Shown here: positions 58,790 through 64,000 of the stretch, one piece after another
Layout of the letters: every line of letters starts with the position of its first letter
Numbering within the stretch: position 1 is the first letter of the stretch
DNA from: Candidatus Omnitrophota bacterium
GTDB taxonomy: Bacteria > Omnitrophota > Gorgyraeia > Zapsychrales > JANLHA01
Length of the DNA stretch: 64,000 nucleotides
Assembly: GCA_023247795.1 (NCBI GenBank)
Contig: JAHFFT010000001.1
Location: 2,868-66,867 of the forward strand
Reading direction: 5' to 3'
Translations under genes and position numbers: made by a program
The notes under the pieces: model-generated
Seen by the model: only the letters and a program-made list of their open reading frames with translations
The model's database searches: none
Told to the model about the DNA's origin: nothing

Positions 58790-58910
58790 CCTTAATTCCC
58801 AAAAAGGTCGACAGATCGTAAAGCGGCTGGACATTGATGATGACCGGGACAAAACCTGGAGCATTTTGCAATTGTTTGAGCAGGGCGGGATCGAGATGAA
58901 ATTGGATTTT
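58790..58910 (-). pseudogene. Orphan 3' fragment of the giant-gene C-terminal module (about 40 codons, in frame after a stop)
   Basis: The minus-strand translation IKIQFHLDPALLKQLQNAPGFVPVIINVQPLYDLSTFLGIK* is about 90% identical in both DNA and protein to the last 40 codons plus stop of the 60206-63997 gene (compare 60212-60335). It is preceded by an in-frame TAA and has no start codon. Confidence 0.65.
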
Positions 58911-58976
58911 TATGGAATACACAATTCTTCGGTTGTTTTAAAAATATTATTGACAAAGGCTCCATATTCGTCGAAA

Positions 58977-60161
58977 ATGGAGTCTATGCAATACATATTA
59001 AGACTGACCGAAAACGATATCCAAAACTCTTTACAACGCAATAAAAGTGTTTTATTGTTGGGCGCTCGTCAAACCGGTAAAACAACCCTCATTCAGCGGC
59101 TGCCGGCCGACTTGTCGATTTCCTTTGTCCGTCCGGATGTCAGGCAGCAATACGAAAAAAACTCCACGCTTTTAGTGGGAGAAGTTGAAGCACTAAAGAG
59201 CAAAACGCCCGCGGCTCGCCCCTTGGTTGTTTTAGATGAGGTCCAGCGTGTCCCAGAAATACTCGACATCGTTCAGGATCTCATTGATCGAAAAATAGCC
59301 AACTTTATTTTAACCGGATCCTCCGCAAGAAAATTACGCCATGGATCTCACATCAACCTTCTTCCGGGAAGAGTGACGGCTTTAAAACTAAATCCACTTA
59401 ACATTCAAGAAATTCCGCAAACAGATCTTAAAACGCATTTGCTCTACGGCTCTTTGCCGGCTATTCATCAGGTTACTTCACTGAAAGACAAAGAAATCGA
59501 CCTAAGCTCTTATGTCATCACCTACCTCGAGGAAGAAATCCGTGCCGAAGCGATTGTTAGAAATTTAGGGCCGTTTGCCCGCTTTCTGGAATCAGCGGCT
59601 ATTGAATCAGGAAAGGTCGTGAACTTCAGAAAACTTTCTCAAGAAATCGGTGTTGCCCACACAACCATTGCCTCTTATTATCAAATTTTGGAAGACTGCC
59701 TGATTGTCGAAAAAATAATGCCACTGACAAAAAGCGAAACACGCAAAAAGCTGACCAAAACCCATAAATATATCTTTTTCGATATGGGCGTTCGACGGCT
59801 CACCGCGCATCAAAATACTCAATTGACCAAAGAAATGTGGGGATATCTGTTCGAACAATTCATTGGACTTCAGCTCATTCAACTAGCCGAGCTCTCCGAT
59901 AAAAATATCCAGATCAAATTTTGGCGAGATCCCGATGGCCCGGAAGTAGACTTTATTGTCGACAACAATCATAGCTACTTGCCTCTAGAAGTCAAATGGA
60001 CAAAAAGCCCTACAGCAAAAGACGTTAAACATCTGAAAGTATTCTTAAATGAATATCCCAATGCTAAACAAGCCTATCTCATCTGCCAATGTGAGCGGGA
60101 TGTTGCCCTTGAAAAAAACATTACCGCAATCCCCTGGCAAAAAATAAAAAATATTTTTTAA
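58977..60161 (+). CDS. AAA+ ATPase, COG1373 family (AAA_14 + DUF4143), divergent paralog of 57539-58720
   Basis: Start set at MESMQYILRL; the ORF track starts at 58695 by reading antisense through the orphan repeat. Walker A (LLLGARQTGKTTL), VLDEVQRVPEIL, and a C-terminal DUF4143-like region. Confidence 0.75.
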   Translation: MESMQYILRLTENDIQNSLQRNKSVLLLGARQTGKTTLIQRLPADLSISFVRPDVRQQYEKNSTLLVGEVEALKSKTPAARPLVVLDEVQRVPEILDIVQDLIDRKIANFILTGSSARKLRHGSHINLLPGRVTALKLNPLNIQEIPQTDLKTHLLYGSLPAIHQVTSLKDKEIDLSSYVITYLEEEIRAEAIVRNLGPFARFLESAAIESGKVVNFRKLSQEIGVAHTTIASYYQILEDCLIVEKIMPLTKSETRKKLTKTHKYIFFDMGVRRLTAHQNTQLTKEMWGYLFEQFIGLQLIQLAELSDKNIQIKFWRDPDGPEVDFIVDNNHSYLPLEVKWTKSPTAKDVKHLKVFLNEYPNAKQAYLICQCERDVALEKNITAIPWQKIKNIF

Positions 60162-60205
60162 TAAAATATTCAGCCATACCTATTTTTCCTCAGAATCGGA
60201 TCGCT

Positions 60206-63200
60206 CTATTTAATTCCCAAAAAGGCCAATAAATCGTACAGCGGCTGGACATTGATGATGACGGGGACAAAACCCGGGGCATCTTGCAGTTGCTTGAGTA
60301 GGGCGGGATCAAGATGAAATTGGATTTCACCGTTCTGATTTACTTTCAGGTTCATTTTGTTAGGATCGAAATCAATACCACCAAGCTGATCAGGACGATC
60401 CGACATCTCCGGTGCTGCGTCCTCACCTAACATCAACCGATCCGACGCTCCTCCGCCATTGGGCTTCTGATTTTGTAAACTGTCCTCTGCATTACTTTGC
60501 ACTTCTCTAATTTTAGCTTCAATGCGATTGACCGCGTCAGGGTACAATTTACCTTCAACGAAATCGGCCTCATTCAAAGGAACCCAATATTTCGCTTCAA
60601 TCTTCTCTATCCCAACACCGATTAAATCATTGGAATGGTTTTCAAAATGTTCACGCATCAATGCGAACGCATCGGCTGTAGATAAATATTTTATCATTTT
60701 AATAAAATCCACACTGCTGTTTATCGCAGCAACTTGCTTAGTTAGTCTTTCCTCGATATCCAATTCCATTAATTCTGTCTTGTCATCCAAGGTTGGCGTA
60801 TACTCCCCTAATTTTTGAATATATATTGTATGTTCTTTCCCTTCCTCAATGTCACAAGAATAGCCAATGTTGCGCAAAATAATTGATAATATTTCTTTAT
60901 CCTTATATTCACTGTCAAATAAAATGAACCAACCATCATTCTCAAGGACACGCATAACCTCTTTTAAGACCACCATAAAATCTTTGATCGAAATAAAATA
61001 TACCATCACAAAAGACTCGTTGATAATGTCTATGGACTGATTACTAAATGGTAGCCGACGGAGATCACCATTGACAAGCTGCACACCTGGCAACGATTGT
61101 TTAGGATCGATATCCATATCAATGCCTATCCCTTCTACTTGATCACCTAATTCTTTCCTAAGTTCGACCAACGCCCTGCCTTCTGGACCAGAACCCAAAT
61201 CTAAAACCCGCAATTTACCTGGCGCCTTTCGCGCCAGATGGTCTTTGATCAGCTCCAAATGTTTTAGCAAATAATCCGGTCTATTACTATCACGGGCATA
61301 TTTCTGATGAAACACCTCCCACAAAAAAATCTCGTCTTTCTCAAGAGTCCCCAATTCTTTCAGACGATTTATTAATCTTCCCACAATCTTACCTTGCAAA
61401 AGTTCTTGCATATTAAACTTTCTAAAATATTGGACCATAATCATGCCAAGATGTTCTGGGATTGGCTTTTGAATTCCACTGAAACGAAGCCATCCTTCGT
61501 TTAACAGTCGCACTTTTTCATCCATGCTCAAAGACTCCTCCCCCAATTTAACACTCAAAATTTCTGCGAATTTTTCAACATCATCTCCGGTCTCATTCAA
61601 TATTCCCTGAAATATATCCTGACCAAGCATTAGACGATCCGCTGTTTCTACAGTAGCAGACGGCTCCGCCAAATCCCTCATCGCCATTTCATCTAATATT
61701 TCAATAGAAGGATTCTTTGCCATCCTGATCTGCTCCGGCTCTAAAACCGCGATATGAATATTCCTACTCCCAAACATAACCGCATCTTCATCTTGCAGCT
61801 CTCTCAATCCTGTAAAAAATAAATTATCGTATGCTTTTCCCAAAAATTCTGTGACATTGACATATTCAGGATGCCGTTCAATGACATTCAAAGGTTTTCT
61901 GACATTCAAAAAAGCAGACATTAAAATCTTCTTTACTGTATTAGGGACATATAATTGCTCTCCATTAATTTTTATAAGATGACAATTAATTTTATTTGGT
62001 GCTAATCCATCAAATAAATCAGCAAGCTCTGATTGAACAAACAAATTCTTTCCATCAAAAACTACGATTCCAGGTTTCTTTGTAAACGATACCCGATCCA
62101 GATTCTCTGCGTTTTCGATAAATTCATTCCATTTTTTAAACACTGCAGGCGTATCGGTAAGATTAAACTTTTCTTTTAGCAGAGATAACATGCTTTTTAA
62201 AAATTTAAATCTAAAATAGCTAAATTCATTCACAACAAAATCTCGATCTGAAGAGAAATAAAATGCATGTCTTTCACCAAAATCAAAATTCCTGCGCGCA
62301 TTTTTATCAAATTCATTAAATTCCCTGCCAGTTCCATGATAAAAAATTTTGGGCTCACCGGTTTCGGCATCAATCATTTTCGAGGCTAATTCGGGATGAT
62401 TTATCCAATCTCCAAACCATGCGATAAAATCAGGATCTCTCACTTGTAAAAAATGTAGGAGCCCAAGTTTAGAGGGTTTGCCATTTGGCGCTTTCAATTC
62501 AACCACTTTTCCATCTTGAATTTTAATGTTTCCATTCAAAACTTCTCTATTAAAAATCTGCTTATAAATTTCTATATCAATATGATCATCATATCTTTCT
62601 GTCAATGTTGACAACATCAATCGATCAAATCGCCCAACTTCATCCGCTGTTTCTACAGCGGCAGGCGGCTCCGCCAGATCCCTCATCGCTTGATTGCGCT
62701 CGGTGATCTGCTGATCGAGATCAGCGCTGCTACGCATCTCGATTCGATAGACCATTGCTTGCTCGCTTATCATCTCTTCAACCACTTTTTGGAATAAAAC
62801 CGCTGTCTCCGGCGAAGAATGGATGACCCTTCTGTAAATCTCCCTCTGATTTTTATCATTAATCCGCCAATAGGAAACATATCTCCTTATGAACTCTTCC
62901 ATTGATAAATCCAAAGGAACCCACCCCCATTCCGATTCCGGCAATTGCCTGATGAACGCGATCGTCGCTGCCGGTAAATTCAATCGCCGCGGCAGAACCT
63001 CATTAAAAATGCTGTCGCGGGACGGACTTTCAACGCCAATGGTATCCGCAAATCGATCCAGATGGTATAAACGAAACAGCAAGGCTCCAAGATGATCATC
63101 TCTCTCTTTCATCAGCGCCCTTTCCACAGCAAAATCAAAAAATTCTGCATTCGCAACATTGATTCTCTGGGCAACAAACAGCTCTTTCATAATTTTTTGA

Positions 63201-63997
63201 TGACCTTTTCCAGCAAGTGATTGGTACACCTCCCAAAGCAATCGTACCTGCTGTTTTTCGTTCAAATGTCTTAAAGGGATAAGTTGCTGAAGTCGTCTCG
63301 CCAGTTCCTCAAAATTCCTTGCCGTCATAATTGGATAAATCAATGTGGATGAAGACAGCCCCATCAATTCCGCGATCTTTGTATAAGCCCTTATCAGATC
63401 TCGATAATCTTTTGCCTTTTTAAAAAGTATTTTTTTTCGCGTGTAAATTAAGCTATACGGTGAGACGCTGCTCAAATCGCGATTCTCCAATGCATAAGCA
63501 ATGATTTCATCTTTAAAACGTTTAAAGGCATCGAATTCCGCGTCAAACATCTCAGGAGTTTGATTTGGATTGACATTGATTTTCCTTAAAACATTTTTTC
63601 TAAAAAAATAATTGTGAAGTTCATGATGAAATTCGTGTCTTGAGGTACTGTCGTCTTTAAAAATTTTGGTTTCTTGCAAGCTTTTGGCTAATTTGGGCCT
63701 TGGTAATAGCATAAACCCCACATCTCTGCTATTACTGCTCATAAAACAAACAGCCACTCCATTAAAAATAAATAATTTTTGATCACGGAGCAATTCAAAA
63801 AAAGGATCTTCAACTTCCAGCATAAACACACCCGGTTTGATTTCGATCAAAACTCCAGCTTTCCGATTTGCTTGGACGTCGCTCGGGCCAATCTGATATT
63901 GTTTAATGAACTCTAAAACCTGTTTCAAATCTTCCGCAATCTTCTTTGCTCCCCTATTGAAACCATTTGCAATGATAGCAACTGACAGAAAATACAA
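60206..63997 (-). CDS. Giant modular protein (more than 1263 aa, N-terminus beyond the window) with an embedded class-I SAM methyltransferase domain and the shared C-terminal module
   Basis: The ORF is open to the window edge. The MTase domain lies at about 60911-61210 (RVLDLGSGPEG motif I; GIDMD; LPFSNQSIDII; LKEVMRVLENDGWFILFD). A thrice-repeated linker motif reads (ETAD..)DRLML. The C-terminal GGIDFDPNKMNLKVNQNGEIQFHLDPALLKQLQDAPGFVPVIINVQPLYDLLAFLGIK is homologous to the C-terminus of the 2093-aa protein. Confidence 0.75.
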   Translation of the reverse strand: MYFLSVAIIANGFNRGAKKIAEDLKQVLEFIKQYQIGPSDVQANRKAGVLIEIKPGVFMLEVEDPFFELLRDQKLFIFNGVAVCFMSSNSRDVGFMLLPRPKLAKSLQETKIFKDDSTSRHEFHHELHNYFFRKNVLRKINVNPNQTPEMFDAEFDAFKRFKDEIIAYALENRDLSSVSPYSLIYTRKKILFKKAKDYRDLIRAYTKIAELMGLSSSTLIYPIMTARNFEELARRLQQLIPLRHLNEKQQVRLLWEVYQSLAGKGHQKIMKELFVAQRINVANAEFFDFAVERALMKERDDHLGALLFRLYHLDRFADTIGVESPSRDSIFNEVLPRRLNLPAATIAFIRQLPESEWGWVPLDLSMEEFIRRYVSYWRINDKNQREIYRRVIHSSPETAVLFQKVVEEMISEQAMVYRIEMRSSADLDQQITERNQAMRDLAEPPAAVETADEVGRFDRLMLSTLTERYDDHIDIEIYKQIFNREVLNGNIKIQDGKVVELKAPNGKPSKLGLLHFLQVRDPDFIAWFGDWINHPELASKMIDAETGEPKIFYHGTGREFNEFDKNARRNFDFGERHAFYFSSDRDFVVNEFSYFRFKFLKSMLSLLKEKFNLTDTPAVFKKWNEFIENAENLDRVSFTKKPGIVVFDGKNLFVQSELADLFDGLAPNKINCHLIKINGEQLYVPNTVKKILMSAFLNVRKPLNVIERHPEYVNVTEFLGKAYDNLFFTGLRELQDEDAVMFGSRNIHIAVLEPEQIRMAKNPSIEILDEMAMRDLAEPSATVETADRLMLGQDIFQGILNETGDDVEKFAEILSVKLGEESLSMDEKVRLLNEGWLRFSGIQKPIPEHLGMIMVQYFRKFNMQELLQGKIVGRLINRLKELGTLEKDEIFLWEVFHQKYARDSNRPDYLLKHLELIKDHLARKAPGKLRVLDLGSGPEGRALVELRKELGDQVEGIGIDMDIDPKQSLPGVQLVNGDLRRLPFSNQSIDIINESFVMVYFISIKDFMVVLKEVMRVLENDGWFILFDSEYKDKEILSIILRNIGYSCDIEEGKEHTIYIQKLGEYTPTLDDKTELMELDIEERLTKQVAAINSSVDFIKMIKYLSTADAFALMREHFENHSNDLIGVGIEKIEAKYWVPLNEADFVEGKLYPDAVNRIEAKIREVQSNAEDSLQNQKPNGGGASDRLMLGEDAAPEMSDRPDQLGGIDFDPNKMNLKVNQNGEIQFHLDPALLKQLQDAPGFVPVIINVQPLYDLLAFLGIK

Positions 63998-64000
63998 TAC

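Noticed and set aside
57539-60161. COG1373 ATPase pair as transposases or an IS element
   Set aside because: There are no terminal inverted repeats, no DDE/HUH/serine-recombinase motifs, and no target-site duplication. The flanking repeats are gene-fragment copies, not IS ends.

Overview
This 64-kb window is a chromosomal segment of an uncultivated-type bacterium with moderate GC, many TPR proteins, and almost every gene on the minus strand. The MurC::Ddl fusion and the lack of ftsZ after ftsA suggest a PVC-like or candidate-phylum lineage, but that is only inference.

Content from left to right:
- A 3' partial xseA, then sixA.
- A yceI family gene on the plus strand.
- A roughly 12-kb co-directional, tightly packed operon on the minus strand, from 14269 down to 2449: outer-membrane beta-barrel, TPR lipoprotein, 834-aa TPR protein, PqqD-like small protein, two paralogous ATP-grasp ligases, a fold-III PLP decarboxylase, a urea-transporter-family permease, a sirtuin and a macro domain. 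I consider this the most likely undescribed system: a candidate peptide or amino-acid modification cassette with no recognisable precursor gene.
- A secreted Gly/Gln/Met-rich repeat protein and a 2093-aa secreted giant protein.
- A gene for an NAD(P)H-dependent FMN reductase family protein and a GT-C/PMT-like TPR membrane protein.
- A complete dcw cluster: mraZ, rsmH, ftsL, ftsI, murE, murF, mraY, murD, ftsW, murG, an inserted HExxH protease, a murC::ddl fusion, ftsQ and ftsA. No ftsZ or murB follows. The mraZ promoter and MraZ boxes are readable.
- A housekeeping block: ribF, truB, nrnA, rbfA, a CCA-family nucleotidyltransferase, xerD, ligA, acyP, tRNA-Pro(CGG), an NAD-dependent epimerase, metF, and a short UvrD-like helicase translationally coupled to an EndoQ-like PHP nuclease.
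- A GT-C glycosyltransferase and a TM-helix-repeat membrane protein.
- A second giant gene (more than 1263 aa, truncated at the 5' end by the window edge). It shares a conserved C-terminal module of about 55 aa with the 2093-aa protein.

Two 5'-truncated fragments of that C-terminal module coding sequence (promoterless, no start codon) lie interleaved with a divergent pair of COG1373 AAA ATPases. Two recurrent palindromic motif families decorate intergenic regions. No rRNA, CRISPR array, IS element or transposase was recognised.

Coordinates taken from the ORF track are reliable. Coordinates I derived myself (tRNA, promoter, hairpins, domain sub-ranges) may be off by a few nucleotides.
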